A stretch of 64,000 nt of DNA from an uncultured Actinomycetota bacterium (lineage in GTDB: Bacteria > Actinomycetota > Actinomycetes > Mycobacteriales > CAVVZQ01), in NCBI GenBank assembly GCA_963752715.1, contig CAVVZQ010000007.1, positions 72,215-136,214 of the forward strand. Reading direction: 5' to 3'. Of the stretch, positions 46,623 through 58,672 are shown in pieces (position 1 is the stretch's first letter; each line of letters starts with the position of its first letter). The notes below the pieces were generated by a model. The model ran no database searches and was not told the origin of the DNA. It was given only the letters and a program-made list of their open reading frames with translations. Both the position numbers and the translations under genes were made by a program.

Positions 46623-47378
46623 GTGTCACCCGAGATCCGGCAGGCTCCCCCTAAGTACCTGCAGATAGCAGATCACATTCGGGAACAGGTCGCCCGTGGT
46701 GATCTCAAGCCCGGCGATGAGGTTCCGAGCGAGCGCCAGATCGTCGCCGAGTGGGGAGTGAGCCGCCCCACCGCAACGCGCGCGCTAGCGGCTCTTCGAG
46801 CAGCTGGCATCGTCGAGGCACGCCAAGGCTCCGGCACGTTCGTTGCCGAACAGCCGGCCCTGAACCGGCGAGCCCGGGACCGCTACACCCGAACCAGGCA
46901 GACGGGTTTCACGTACACAAGTAGCGAGCACAGCGTCATCACGGATGCCGAGCAGACTGCTGCGCCGGACTACGTGGCGTCCGCCCTGGGAATCCCCTCA
47001 GGCGCACCAGCGATCCGCCGACGACGCGTCGTCTTTGACGAGGACGGGCCGGTGGAAGTGTCGACGTCATGGTTCGACGGCTCACTCGCAGCGACCGCCC
47101 CAGGCCTGCTCTCCAACGAGAGAATCCGCGAAGGAACGATGGCCTACGTCGAGAGCGTCACCGGTCGGCGCGCGGCCACTGCGCGCGCCACGATCTCAGC
47201 TCGCCTCGCCAGGCCTGACGAGCGAGAGGACCTGCGCCTAGCGGAGTCCCACTCCGCCGTCGTCCTGGTCCACCACACGGTCGTTGACGTGAACGGGGAC
47301 CCGCTGGAGTTCGCCGAGGCGACGTATCCGCCAGGCCGATGGATCTTCGAGGACTCCTACGACGTTCCGAGTGCCTGA
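46623..47378 (+). CDS. GntR/HutC-family regulator (KorSA-like position)
   Basis: 'GDEVPSERQIVAEWGVSRPTATRALAALRAAGIVEARQGSGTFV' followed by a UTRA-like C-terminal domain. Confidence 0.85.
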   Translation: MSPEIRQAPPKYLQIADHIREQVARGDLKPGDEVPSERQIVAEWGVSRPTATRALAALRAAGIVEARQGSGTFVAEQPALNRRARDRYTRTRQTGFTYTSSEHSVITDAEQTAAPDYVASALGIPSGAPAIRRRRVVFDEDGPVEVSTSWFDGSLAATAPGLLSNERIREGTMAYVESVTGRRAATARATISARLARPDEREDLRLAESHSAVVLVHHTVVDVNGDPLEFAEATYPPGRWIFEDSYDVPSA

Positions 47379-47488
47379 GACCAGCCCGCTGGTTCACCAC
47401 CTCTCCACAGCGCTTGACAGGAACCGTCAGACTCGTCAGGGTAAAGTGGCATTATCCACTAGCCACCAATCCACTTTGGGGGGTCGAT

Positions 47489-47719
47489 GTGAGTTCCGTC
47501 TTCTTGCCACCGCTGCTGTCCATCGATGAGGCAGCGGTGCTGCTGCGGGTGACGTACGCCGACGCGTCACGGGCGGTTCTCAGTGGCGAACTGCCGTGCG
47601 TCGTGGAACACGGCAGCATCGCTGTTCCGACGTATGAGCTGCTCCGCTCCTTCGGGGTGTCCGCCTCCGATGCGAGGACCCGCCTGAACAACGCCCACAG
47701 CCACCCGCAGTCGGCATAG
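47489..47719 (+). CDS. Small HTH (excisionase/MerR-like) protein
   Basis: 'LLSIDEAAVLLRVTYADASRAVLSGELPCVV'. GTG start after 'GGGGGG'. Confidence 0.5.
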   Translation: MSSVFLPPLLSIDEAAVLLRVTYADASRAVLSGELPCVVEHGSIAVPTYELLRSFGVSASDARTRLNNAHSHPQSA

Positions 47720-47736
47720 AGTCAGAGGAGAAAGCG

Positions 47737-47946
47737 ATGTCGCCAGAGGACGTACGAAGCCTTCCCGTCGTCGTAGACCTGCCCACCGCCGCGAAGGCGC
47801 TCGGTGTCGGCCGCTACGTCGCCTACGAGATGGTCCGGCAGGACAAGTGGCCCACTCCCGTGATCCGAGTCGGCCGGCACATCCGAGTCCCTCGGGCCGC
47901 CCTGCTCGAGGTCCTCGGGATCGTCGACAATCCCAACGCTGCCTGA
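47737..47946 (+). CDS. xis: Excisionase-family DNA-binding protein
   Basis: 'DLPTAAKALGVGRYVAYEMVRQDKWPTPVIRVGRHIRVPRAALLEVLG'. Confidence 0.75.
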   Translation: MSPEDVRSLPVVVDLPTAAKALGVGRYVAYEMVRQDKWPTPVIRVGRHIRVPRAALLEVLGIVDNPNAA

Positions 47947-47967
47947 CGATCCAGCGAAGGGACCGAC

Positions 47968-49292
<1,325 letters not shown>

Positions 49293-49395
49293 CAGTTCGA
49301 ACACAGCACGGACAACGCCCTGCAGCCCTGCCATCGCGCGCTCAGATCCTCTTCAGGGTAGGCGCTCGGTCGCGCTGTCAGGGCACGCGGCGGCC

Positions 49396-49587
49396 GTGCG
49401 AGAGGTCGACGACCTCGACGCCACCGTGGCTGCGGCCCTCGCCCATGGCGCGACCCTGGCGCAGGGCCGCCAGACCGTCCCTGGCGTCGGCTACACCGCC
49501 TACGTCATCGACACCGAGGGCAACCGCATCGGCCTGATGCAGGAGGACGTGAACGCCCCTGCCCCGGACCGTGGGCATCCCCGTTGA
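49396..49587 (+). pseudogene. VOC/glyoxalase C-terminal fragment
   Basis: 'VPGVGYTAYVIDTEGNRIGLMQ' parallels the tail of 11038-11424. There is no N-terminal half. Confidence 0.5.
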
Positions 49588-49658
49588 GCACCGGATAGTC
49601 CCTCCAGCACCGGATAGTCCCTACAGGCCCCCGCAGAAGCCCGACCCCGGCCTCGGCG

Positions 49659-50009
49659 TCAGCCGGAGATCTCCTCCACCACGGACATCCACCGGGTCGC
49701 CGTGTCGGCGATCGAGTCACCCGTGACATGGATCGCCCACCGGTAGCCCTCGTTGATCAGTCCCGCCTTCATGGCCAGGGTCTGGAACTCCGGGTCCTGG
49801 ACAAGCGCGCCCACCGCGTCAGCCTCACCCCGCGCGACCATCAGGCCACTGGGATCGTTCGCCGAGAAGTACCAGGCGAAGTCGGCCAGGCGCCCCTCCG
49901 ACACCCACTTCTCCGACATCGCGGTTGTCTCCGCCATGAGGGCCATGCCCTGCTTCTCCCGCCCCGGTACGGGCCCCGTCCAACTGTGCACGATTGCCGC
50001 CTGCGGCAT
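49659..50009 (-). CDS. Hypothetical protein
   Basis: 116-aa ORF with protein-like composition. No motif recognised. Confidence 0.4.
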   Translation of the reverse strand: MPQAAIVHSWTGPVPGREKQGMALMAETTAMSEKWVSEGRLADFAWYFSANDPSGLMVARGEADAVGALVQDPEFQTLAMKAGLINEGYRWAIHVTGDSIADTATRWMSVVEEISG

Positions 50010-50114
50010 GGCTTCCTCCCAGCGTCCTCACCGGTCACCCCGCACCCTTCCCCCTTGTATCACTGTCGGACCGGGCCGTGAAGGGGCAGCCTGCCCTCAG
50101 AGCACGTCGGCGGC

Positions 50115-51546
50115 CTACGGCTTGGGCACCGGCGCCACGACTTCCCGACGGTAGGAGTTCAACGCGTCGATGACCTCGGGCGTCCACCCCTCGACCTGCA
50201 TCACAGCCGCCCACCCAGCCGCGTGGGCGTGCGCGTAGTTGTGCCCCACGCCCGGTGGTACGAAACCGTTCGTCGTCAGGTCCAGCAGCACCTGCTCCCA
50301 GGTGAAGACCGGCCACCACACCATGCCCTCGGGGACCCGCTCCCCCCGCTCCCCCTCCAGCCACCGGGGCGGCGATGTCGCGACGGACAGCGCCAGATGG
50401 ACCTGGGGTCCCGGTGTCGTAGTCAGCCCACCGATCCACCAGCTCGCTGGCCGCCGGAGTACCGATCCACAGCACCCCCGCGAAGTCCGCGACGACTTCC
50501 TGCGGAGACTGGTCGAGCAGGTAGCGCTGGGATCCCAGCGCTCCCAGGGACTCCCCGTGCAGGTAGACCTCCGGTCGCTGACCCTCCGGCCGCTCGTTGA
50601 CCGCGTCGAGAACCGCCGGGATCAGCGCGCGGGCCTCCCGCTCAGCGCCGTCGGGATCGAGCACGGCGGTCATGAAGCTGGGCAGGTAGGAGTACTGGGT
50701 CGCGACGGTCGCCACGTCTCCGCCCGCGGCGAACTCCAGCGCGATTGCCGAGACCGGGTGCACAGCTCCCAGTCCGCTGGTGACCACGATGACCAGCTTC
50801 GCCCGGTCGAAGGCACCGGTACGTTCCAGCTCCGCCACCGCGAGCTCGGCCCGCTGCTGCGGACTCGGAGCGTTGTCCATCCCCACGTACACCCGGATCG
50901 GTTCCAGCGCAGGCTCGCCGGTGAACCCCGCGATGGCTCGAGCCGACGGCCCGCCCATGACGAAGGTACGGCCCTGTCTCCCGAGGTCGGCCCACTCGAC
51001 CAAGGAGCCTGGTCCACCCGAGCGCAGGGCGGTGGTCGGCTGCTGCTGCAGGTCCGTCCGTAGGTTCAGCGCCTCGAACTGGTTCGTCTGGTACCAGCCC
51101 ATGCCGGCGACGAGGGAAGCGAGCAGCCCCGCGGCGGTCACGACCCCGGCAACGCGAGCCAGCCGGTACGGCAGGACACGCCCGTACTGCCGGGCCAACC
51201 ATCGGGCTGCCGCTCGGACCCCGCGGCCGATCATAACGACGCCCACCACCAGGACCGGCGTAAGCACCATCACCGTGAGCCAGGACGGAACCGCCCACCC
51301 CACACTGTCCGCCTGATCGCTCTGCCAGCCCAGTCCCGAGGGGGTGAATGTCAGCCCTCCCACCAGCAGCGCCACCACGATCGCGACCTGTCCCCGCTGC
51401 AGCCACCGTGGCGACTCGGCCTGGGGCGCACCCCGTACGCGAGTGTGCAGCCAGCCGGCCAGGCGCCCACTCAGCATCCCCACCAGGTATCCGGTCAGGG
51501 TCAGCACCACCGACACGGCGACCTGTCCCGCCGTGGTGCGCGGCAC
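50115..51546 (-). pseudogene. Membrane alpha/beta-hydrolase (Abhydrolase_9-like), frameshifted
   Basis: N-terminal TM helices and the 'LHGESLGA' elbow. The C-terminus ('WWPVFTWEQ...GVGHNYAHAH') is in the 50115-50324 frame. The shift is near 50330-50400, in C-homopolymer-rich DNA. Confidence 0.7.
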
Positions 51547-51644
51547 CAGGGAGGGAGTCAGCGACTACCGAGGTAGGCCATCGAGACAGCCCGACGCGGA
51601 CCCGGGGGGTGAGTACGGTCAAGGCGCAGCGAAAGCGAGAGATC

Positions 51645-53483
51645 ATGACCAGTGGGCGACGTCAGCCTTGGTGGCGTCCGTTGGTGCCTTCTGTCCGCCA
51701 CCTGAGGGTCGCAGACCGCCGTATGCTGCGGGGCGACCTGCTGGCGGGGCTCACCGTCGCAGCCCTCGCGGTGCCGCAGTCCCTCGGGTACGCGGCCATC
51801 GCAGGAGTCCCCGTGGAGGTCGGGCTCTACGCGGTGCCCGTGGCTCTCCTCGCGTACGCCTTCTTCGGCACCTCGCGCCAGCTGGTGGTGGGACCTGTCT
51901 CGACCGTCGCCGTGCTCTCGGGCGCCCTGGTCGCGAGCTTCGACCCCGAGGACACTGCGCAGTCTGTCGCCTACACGCTGGCGCTGGCGCTCGGCGCCGG
52001 TGTGGTCCTGATCGCTGCTGGCCTGCTGCGGATCGGCTGGGTGTCGGAGTTCCTCTCCAAGCCGATCGTGACCGGGTTCGTCATCGGTCTGACCGTCCTC
52101 GTCGTCATCGGCGAGCTCCCCAAGATCCTCGGCATCCCCGCACCCGAGGGCGACGTCCTGGCTCGGATCGGCGACCTGGTCAGGGGGTTCGGTCAGGGGA
52201 ACAACCAGACCCTCGCCATCGGGCTCGCGGCGTTGCTCGTACTGTTCGGCGGTTCCCGCTTGGCACCCCGGGCTCCCTGGGCACTCCTGGTGGTGGTCGC
52301 AGCCATCGCCGCCTCCGCCGCCGGAGACTGGGCCGACGACGGCGTCGCGGTGGTGGGACCGATCCCCGCTGGCTTCCCCACCCCGGGACTGCCAGACGTC
52401 TCCGTCGCCGAGGTGGGCACCCTGGTCGTGGCCGGGGCAGCACTGGCGCTGGTGGGGATCGCGGAGGGACTCAGCGCAGCGCGGCTGTTCGCGACTGAGG
52501 GCGGGTACCGGGTGGACGCGGACCAGGAACTGGTCGCCACCGGCATCGCGAACCTGGGCACGGGCCTCTTCGGCGGGCTGGCGGTGGCCGGCAGCCTGTC
52601 GAAGACGGCGGCCGCGGTCCGCTCCCGGGGTCGCAGCCAGATCACCGGCCTGGTGACAGCTGCGGTCAGCATCCTGGTGATCGCCTTCCTCACACCGGCG
52701 CTGGAGCCGCTGCCGCTCGCCGTGCTCAGCGCTGTGGTGATCCACGCCGTCTGGGGCCTGCTCGACGTGGCCGCACTGCGGCGCTACCGCCAGGTACGGC
52801 GCAACGACTTCGTCGCGGCCCTGGTCGCCTGTGTCGGGGTCCTCGCCTTCGGCCCGCTTCCTGGGCTGGGCCTGGCCATCGCCGCTTCGGTCGTCGGCCT
52901 GGTCTACCGCTCGACCCGGGTCCGGGTGGACGTGCTGGGGCGGATTCCCGGCGAGAAGGCTGCGTACGGGAGCATCAGCGAGCACGGCGAGCGCCTCGTC
53001 ATCTCCGGCATTCTGGTGCTGCGCGTCGGCGTACCCGTGTTCTGGGTGAACGCGATGAGCGTACGTGACCGCGTGATGGACGAAGTGGACGCGGCGCCGG
53101 ACACCCAGGCAGTGGTTCTCGACGTCGAGGGAACGAGCCAGCTGGACACGACGAGCGCTGATGCGATCGCAGACCTGGCCAGCGAGCTGCACAGCCGCGC
53201 GGTTGACCTCTACGTGGTCCGCGTTCCCTACCCCGTCCGGATGTGCCTGCGCCGCTCGGGTGCCATGGAGCTCATCGGTGAGGACCACATCTGGCACAGC
53301 ATCTCGCAGGCCGTGCGCCAGGCGCACCGCGACCATGGCATCCCGCTCGAACGCCGGCCTGCTGAAAGAGATGACGGTGAGATGGACCGCTCCGAGAGGG
53401 ACCGCTCTGAGCAAGGCAGCAGCCACCCGTACGGTCTCCGGCGCAGCTCGGGCGAGGACGAGCACGGTCACCTGGAGACGTAA
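51645..53483 (+). CDS. SulP-family anion permease with C-terminal STAS domain
   Basis: 'LLAGLTVAALAVPQSLGYAAIAGVP' and the STAS-like 'AVVLDVEGTSQLDTTSADAI'. Confidence 0.85.
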   Translation: MTSGRRQPWWRPLVPSVRHLRVADRRMLRGDLLAGLTVAALAVPQSLGYAAIAGVPVEVGLYAVPVALLAYAFFGTSRQLVVGPVSTVAVLSGALVASFDPEDTAQSVAYTLALALGAGVVLIAAGLLRIGWVSEFLSKPIVTGFVIGLTVLVVIGELPKILGIPAPEGDVLARIGDLVRGFGQGNNQTLAIGLAALLVLFGGSRLAPRAPWALLVVVAAIAASAAGDWADDGVAVVGPIPAGFPTPGLPDVSVAEVGTLVVAGAALALVGIAEGLSAARLFATEGGYRVDADQELVATGIANLGTGLFGGLAVAGSLSKTAAAVRSRGRSQITGLVTAAVSILVIAFLTPALEPLPLAVLSAVVIHAVWGLLDVAALRRYRQVRRNDFVAALVACVGVLAFGPLPGLGLAIAASVVGLVYRSTRVRVDVLGRIPGEKAAYGSISEHGERLVISGILVLRVGVPVFWVNAMSVRDRVMDEVDAAPDTQAVVLDVEGTSQLDTTSADAIADLASELHSRAVDLYVVRVPYPVRMCLRRSGAMELIGEDHIWHSISQAVRQAHRDHGIPLERRPAERDDGEMDRSERDRSEQGSSHPYGLRRSSGEDEHGHLET

Positions 53484-53514
53484 CCATCGCGGACAGAAGC
53501 GCTACCGGAGCCGG

Positions 53515-53781
53515 CTACTGCGCTCCCCACGGGTAGGAGCCGTCACGCTCGGCTAGCTCGAGGCTCCACGCATCCCAGAGCACAGTGTCCGGGGCCGGCG
53601 CCGGCTCGGGGGGCACGTCGACCCGCTGCGCTGGCTGCCTCGGCGTGGGTTGGAGTGCCGGGATCGGCTGGATGCTGCAGTGAGCGCGCCGCAGCAGCCG
53701 AGGCGTCGCTACGACGGCCCAGACCAGGGAAGCCGCGACGTAGCCAAGGCCGGCTAGGAGCTTCCGGAAGAAGGAGCGCAC
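53515..53781 (-). CDS. Hypothetical small membrane protein
   Basis: One TM segment ('LLAGLGYVAASLVWAVVA'). Weak support. Confidence 0.3.
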   Translation of the reverse strand: MRSFFRKLLAGLGYVAASLVWAVVATPRLLRRAHCSIQPIPALQPTPRQPAQRVDVPPEPAPAPDTVLWDAWSLELAERDGSYPWGAQ

Positions 53782-53895
53782 ACCTATTGGGACATCCCGG
53801 AGGGGGTCGGGGCTCCTGCCTCGGCTGGGTACCCCAGGAACCCCGAGGCGTCCCAGCCGATCGAGGGCTCCTAGGTCTCTGACCTGCGGATATGG

Positions 53896-53968
53896 CTCCC
53901 GCGACTGGACTCGAACCAGTAACCTACCGGTTAACAGCCGGACGCTCTGCCGATTGAGCTACGCGGGA
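53896..53968 (-). tRNA. tRNA-Asn (GTT)
   Basis: Acceptor TCCCGCG/CGCGGGA, loop 'CTGTTAA' and T-arm 'GGTTCGAGTCC'. CCA is encoded at 53893-53895. Confidence 0.9.
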
Positions 53969-54127
53969 AGGGCACCGAAGCGCCCTCCCAGGTTACCCCA
54001 CGGATCGGCTCTCGCTGCTCGCCAGCGGAGTTGTGGACACGCCCGCGGGCCTCTGGACCGCGGGGCGAATCTGGGTGACAATCCACGCAATCGAACCCCA
54101 CGCAGTCGAACCCAAACCCGGGCGGTC

Positions 54128-54445
54128 ATGGTGAAGCACTGGTTCCTCGTCGCAGCAGGTGCCGGAGTCGGGTACGCCCTGGGTACGCAGACGGGACAGG
54201 CAGTGCGCCGGGGCAGTCGAAACCTGTGGGACCACCCGGTCAGCCAGGGAACCCTCGCGATCGCGCGGGGCACCGCGGAGCGCTGGGGCAACGCGATCGT
54301 GCCGAGTCCCCGTGCATGGAGTGCCAGCGCGTACGGTCCCTCCGCCAGCCACCCGTACGGAGCCCGTCACGCCCCTGAGACCCGGGAGCGGGTCCCGAGC
54401 GCAGCGGGACCGGAGCGAGTCCCCACGAGCTACCTGATCGGCTGA
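54128..54445 (+). CDS. Hypothetical small protein with N-terminal hydrophobic segment
   Basis: 'MVKHWFLVAAGAGVGYALG'. Weak support. Confidence 0.3.
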   Translation: MVKHWFLVAAGAGVGYALGTQTGQAVRRGSRNLWDHPVSQGTLAIARGTAERWGNAIVPSPRAWSASAYGPSASHPYGARHAPETRERVPSAAGPERVPTSYLIG

Positions 54446-54449
54446 CCGC

Positions 54450-54974
54450 TCAGGCGATGCGTCGGGCCTTCGCACGCTCGAGCAGCATCTCGACGCCGGC
54501 CAGCAGGTCCTCCCGGCGGTAGTCACCTGGCTCGTCGAAGACCACGCACCATCGCACGTCCGCGTCCCCGCTCAGGCGACGTCCGACGATGAGCACTCCC
54601 CGGCCCTGCACGTCGTGTCGCTCCGTCACCGCGACACTGCGTACGACGCGATCGCGCACCGCGGGCGGCAGCCGCTTCGAGCCGGTGACGGTGACGCGCC
54701 AGGGAGGCCGGCGCTCGACGACGACGTACCCCTCTCGCTCGGTGACCACCAGGCCCTCGGTCACCGTCAGTACGCCCTCAGCCCAGACGGCCGTGACGAT
54801 GTCCTCCCAGCGCACCAGGCGGGCGTCCTGGTCGTTGGACAGCCACAGACCACGCCGACTCGCCGACAGGATCCGGCCGTCCGAGGTCTCGGCATGGGCG
54901 ATGACGAGGTCATCGGCGTCGAGCTTTTGCGTGACGGCGGCTGGTGCCCGGCGCCGTCGAATCAGGTCGCGCAT
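54450..54974 (-). CDS. Hypothetical protein
   Basis: 174-aa ORF with coding-like composition. No motif recognised. Confidence 0.5.
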   Translation of the reverse strand: MRDLIRRRRAPAAVTQKLDADDLVIAHAETSDGRILSASRRGLWLSNDQDARLVRWEDIVTAVWAEGVLTVTEGLVVTEREGYVVVERRPPWRVTVTGSKRLPPAVRDRVVRSVAVTERHDVQGRGVLIVGRRLSGDADVRWCVVFDEPGDYRREDLLAGVEMLLERAKARRIA

Positions 54975-55077
54975 CAGGACCAGACTGACAGAAAACCCCC
55001 TAAAGGCGGAATATGGCGAAGATCACACCACGTCCCGCCGGACACCGCGGCGGCCCGTCACGGGCCGGGAAAGCCAC

Positions 55078-56544
55078 TCAGTCGAGGTAGTCGCGCAGCT
55101 GCTTGGACCTGCTGGGATGGCGCAGCTTGGCCAGCGACTTCGACTCGATCTGCCGGATGCGCTCGCGCGTCACGCCGAAGTTGCGGCCCACTTCCTCCAG
55201 CGTCCGGGGCTGACCGTCGGTGAGTCCGAAGCGCAGCGCGATGACCCGCTGCTCCCGCTCCGAGAGCGTCTGCATGATCTCCTGAAGCTGCTCCTGCAGC
55301 AGCTCGTACGCGGCAGCATCGAGCGGCGCGACCGCGTCCTCGTCCTCGATGAAGTCGCCCAGGTAGGAGTCCTCCTCCTCGCCGATGGTCAACTCGAGCG
55401 AGACCGGCTCCTGCTGCAGGCGGCGCAGCTCGGACACCCGCTCCGGCTCCATGCCGAGCACCTCGGCGATCTCCTCGTCCGTGGGATCACGTTCCAGCCG
55501 CTGGACCAGGTCGCGCTGCGCCCGCTGGATCTTGTTGATCGTCTCCACCATGTGGACCGGGAGCCGGATCGTCCTGGCCTGGTCGGCGATGGCACGGGTG
55601 ATGGCCTGCCGGATCCACCAGGTGGCGTAGGTGGAGAACTTGAAGCCGCGCTCGTAGTCGAACTTCTCCACGGCGCGGATCAGCCCGAGGTTGCCCTCCT
55701 GCACGAGATCCAGAAACAGCAGGCCCCGGCCCGCGTAGCGCTTGGCGATGGAGACGACCAGCCGCAGGTTCGCCTCGACCAGTCGCGACTTGGCTGATCT
55801 CCCCTGGCGTGCCACCTCGGCGAGGTCCGCCCGCAGCTCCCGCTCCAGCCCCGGTTCCGTGGTGAGCTTGTGCTCGGCGAACAGGCCGGCCTCCACGGCG
55901 CGCGAGAGCTGCACCTCTTCCTCGGCGGTGAGCAGCGGCACGCGCCCGATGGCCTTGAGATAGACCCGTACGCTGTCCGCCACGCTCCCGGCGCCGCCCG
56001 AGGTGTCGAGGCCGCTCCCCCGGTCGGGAGCCTTCCGGCGGCCCGACGCGGCAGCGCTCCGGGTCCGGCCACCGGACCGCCCGGAAGCCGCGCCGGCAGC
56101 ACCGGCAGCAGCGCCAGCATCGTCCGTCGCGCCCGCATCGGTGCCTTCGCCGTCGGCGTCTCCCTCGTCGAGAAGGTCGTCGGAGTCCGGGGACTCCTCC
56201 AGAGCGGGGACGTCGACATCGATGATCTCGATGCCGGTGGCCTGGAACATGGCCATGAGGTCGTCGAGACCCTCCACCGGCGGCTGCGAGCTGTTCAGAA
56301 CCGCCTCAACGTCGGCCGAGGTGATGAAGCCGGCCCGGCGACCTCGGTCGATCAGGTGCTGGACGGCTGTCGGCCACGCCTCGAGCCCGGAGCGCACCGG
56401 CTCCGCACTCACTGGACCTGCGGGGCCCGATGTGCTCGAGGTGCCCGAGGGACTGTCGCCGGCACCACGGGGCGTACCCGGATCTGGGCGGCTACCATCG
56501 TCCGGCCGGCCAGCACCGGGGCGCTGTCGTGACGACGATGGCAT
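55078..56544 (-). CDS. rpoD: Principal RNA polymerase sigma-70 factor (HrdB/SigA type)
   Basis: Regions 2-4 are present ('IAKRY...[40 protein letters not shown]', '[18 protein letters not shown]'). Confidence 0.95.
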   Translation of the reverse strand: MPSSSRQRPGAGRPDDGSRPDPGTPRGAGDSPSGTSSTSGPAGPVSAEPVRSGLEAWPTAVQHLIDRGRRAGFITSADVEAVLNSSQPPVEGLDDLMAMFQATGIEIIDVDVPALEESPDSDDLLDEGDADGEGTDAGATDDAGAAAGAAGAASGRSGGRTRSAAASGRRKAPDRGSGLDTSGGAGSVADSVRVYLKAIGRVPLLTAEEEVQLSRAVEAGLFAEHKLTTEPGLERELRADLAEVARQGRSAKSRLVEANLRLVVSIAKRYAGRGLLFLDLVQEGNLGLIRAVEKFDYERGFKFSTYATWWIRQAITRAIADQARTIRLPVHMVETINKIQRAQRDLVQRLERDPTDEEIAEVLGMEPERVSELRRLQQEPVSLELTIGEEEDSYLGDFIEDEDAVAPLDAAAYELLQEQLQEIMQTLSEREQRVIALRFGLTDGQPRTLEEVGRNFGVTRERIRQIESKSLAKLRHPSRSKQLRDYLD

Positions 56545-56572
56545 GACCCTCTCCCCATTCGTGGTGATCAGG

Positions 56573-58576
56573 CTACAAGGCGCCTATCGCCTGCTCGCGG
56601 AGACCCCGCTTGTACTGCTCCAACGCGATCAGCTCGCCGAACAGCCGGGTGTGCTCCTCGGCGGACTCCACCGGGTTCACCCGCTGCAGCCGCGACTTCA
56701 GTGCGGCGATCTTCCGCGTCACGGCGACCTCCTGCAGCCGAGCCAGCACGGCGTGGGCGTACCGCGCGTCCACCTCCCCGGCCGCTCGGATCGGCTCGGT
56801 GGCCAGGGCATAGACCAGCGACCGTACGGAGTCGTCGGGACACGGCTGACGGACCCGCTCCACCCAGTCCGGCCCCGGTACCCCGGACGCCGCCCCGCCC
56901 GCTGCCGCGATCGCCTCCCGGACCGCCCGGTACCGGGGATCGACCCATGCCTCCGACCCGACCGAGTCGAACAGCGGCCCGGCCAGCACCGGCTGCTGGA
57001 CGGCGACCTTGAGCGCCTCCCGCTCGACCGCGAGCACGATGTCGCTGACCTGTGGCTGCCCGCCGTCGCCGCTGTCCCGCTGGCGCTCCCGGGGCGACGG
57101 CACGTCGTCACGTCCCCAGCCGTCCTGGTGGCGGCCCCGATCTTGACCATGAACCTGGCCCCGGCCCTGATCGTGACCCCGGCCCTGACCCTGGCCCTGA
57201 CCCTGGCCCCGCCCCTGATCCTGACCCCGGTCCCGTGCCCGCGTCTGGCCCCGCTGCGATCCCGCCCGGCCGACGGCGTCGTTCACCACCGCGACGTCCA
57301 TGCCGAGCTGTCCGGCCAGCAGTCGGGCGTACTCCGGCCGCAAGGCGCGGTCCTTGATGCCCGCGACCAGCGGCGCCGCCGACTCCAGCGCCTGCACCCG
57401 ACCCTCTGCGGTCTCCAGGTCGTACTTGGAGATCGTGGTGTCGATGACGAACTGCACCAGCGGCCGGCGGCTGGCCACCAGGTCACGTACGGCCGCCTCG
57501 CCGTGCTCGAGACGTACGTCGCACGGGTCCAGTCCGTGCTTCTCCACCGCCACGAACGTCTGCATCACGAAGCGCTGGTCGTCGGCAAACGCTCGCATCG
57601 CCGCCTTGCGCCCGGCCTCGTCGCCGTCGAAGGTGAAGATGACCTCCCCGCGGAACTCGTCCTGGTCCATCAGCAGCCGCCGCAGGATGCCGACATGGTC
57701 CGAGCCGAACGCAGTGCCGCAGGTTGCCACCGCGGTCGGGACGCCCGAGAGATGGCAGGCCATCACGTCGGTGTAGCCCTCGACGACCACTGCCTGGCGA
57801 CGGCGCGCGATCTCCTTCTTGGCGAGGTCGACGCCGTAGAGCACATGGCTCTTGTGGTAGATCGGCGTCTCGGGGGTGTTGAGGTACTTGGGGCCGTCGT
57901 CGTCGCGCAGCCGGCGCGCACCGAAGCCCACGACGTCCCCGCTCAGGTCCCGGATGGGCCACATCAGCCGGGCGCGGAACCGGTCGATCAGACCGCCGGA
58001 ACGGCCCTCGCGGGAGAGCCCTCCGGTGATCAGCTCCTGGGGGGTGAAACCGCGACCCCGCAGATGGCTGGTGAGGGTGTCCCAGGACGCCGGGCTGAAG
58101 CCGCAGCCGAACTGCTCCGCCGCGGAGCGGTCGAAGCCGCGGGAGGAGAGGAACTCGCGTGCCGTTGCGGCGTCTGGCCCCACCAGCTGCTCGGCGTAGA
58201 ACTCGGCCGCCGCCGCATGGGCCTCGAGGAAGCGGGTCCGCTGCGACCCGGTCCGTACCGCGGGGCCGGCCTGCTCGTAGTGCAGCTCCACGCCGGCGCG
58301 CAGGGCCAGCTTCTCGACCGCCTCGGTGAAGGACAGGTGCTCGACCTTCTCCAGGAACGTCAGGACGTCCCCGCCCTCTCCGCACCCGAAGCAGTAGTAG
58401 ACCCCGCGGGCTGGCGTCAGGTGGAACGAGGGCGAGCGCTCGTCGTGGAACGGGCACAGCCCCTTGAGGCTGCCGCCACCCGCTGGCTTGAGCTGCACGT
58501 ACTGCCCGACGATGTCCGCGATGGGCGAGCGGTCCCGGACGGCTGCCACGTCTTGCGCCCGGATGCGACCCGCCAT
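56573..58576 (-). CDS. dnaG: DNA primase
   Basis: Zn-ribbon '[30 protein letters not shown]' and TOPRIM 'VVVEGYTDV'. Contains an RG/GQ low-complexity insert. Confidence 0.95.
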   Translation of the reverse strand: MAGRIRAQDVAAVRDRSPIADIVGQYVQLKPAGGGSLKGLCPFHDERSPSFHLTPARGVYYCFGCGEGGDVLTFLEKVEHLSFTEAVEKLALRAGVELHYEQAGPAVRTGSQRTRFLEAHAAAAEFYAEQLVGPDAATAREFLSSRGFDRSAAEQFGCGFSPASWDTLTSHLRGRGFTPQELITGGLSREGRSGGLIDRFRARLMWPIRDLSGDVVGFGARRLRDDDGPKYLNTPETPIYHKSHVLYGVDLAKKEIARRRQAVVVEGYTDVMACHLSGVPTAVATCGTAFGSDHVGILRRLLMDQDEFRGEVIFTFDGDEAGRKAAMRAFADDQRFVMQTFVAVEKHGLDPCDVRLEHGEAAVRDLVASRRPLVQFVIDTTISKYDLETAEGRVQALESAAPLVAGIKDRALRPEYARLLAGQLGMDVAVVNDAVGRAGSQRGQTRARDRGQDQGRGQGQGQGQGRGHDQGRGQVHGQDRGRHQDGWGRDDVPSPRERQRDSGDGGQPQVSDIVLAVEREALKVAVQQPVLAGPLFDSVGSEAWVDPRYRAVREAIAAAGGAASGVPGPDWVERVRQPCPDDSVRSLVYALATEPIRAAGEVDARYAHAVLARLQEVAVTRKIAALKSRLQRVNPVESAEEHTRLFGELIALEQYKRGLREQAIGAL

Positions 58577-58672
58577 CCGCTCACCCCCCGCCGGACGCCG
58601 GGAATTCGCTCCCGTTTTCGCGCCCTGTGGCAGCACAGTCTAGGCGGCCTGCGCGACGCGCGTAAGGCCCTG

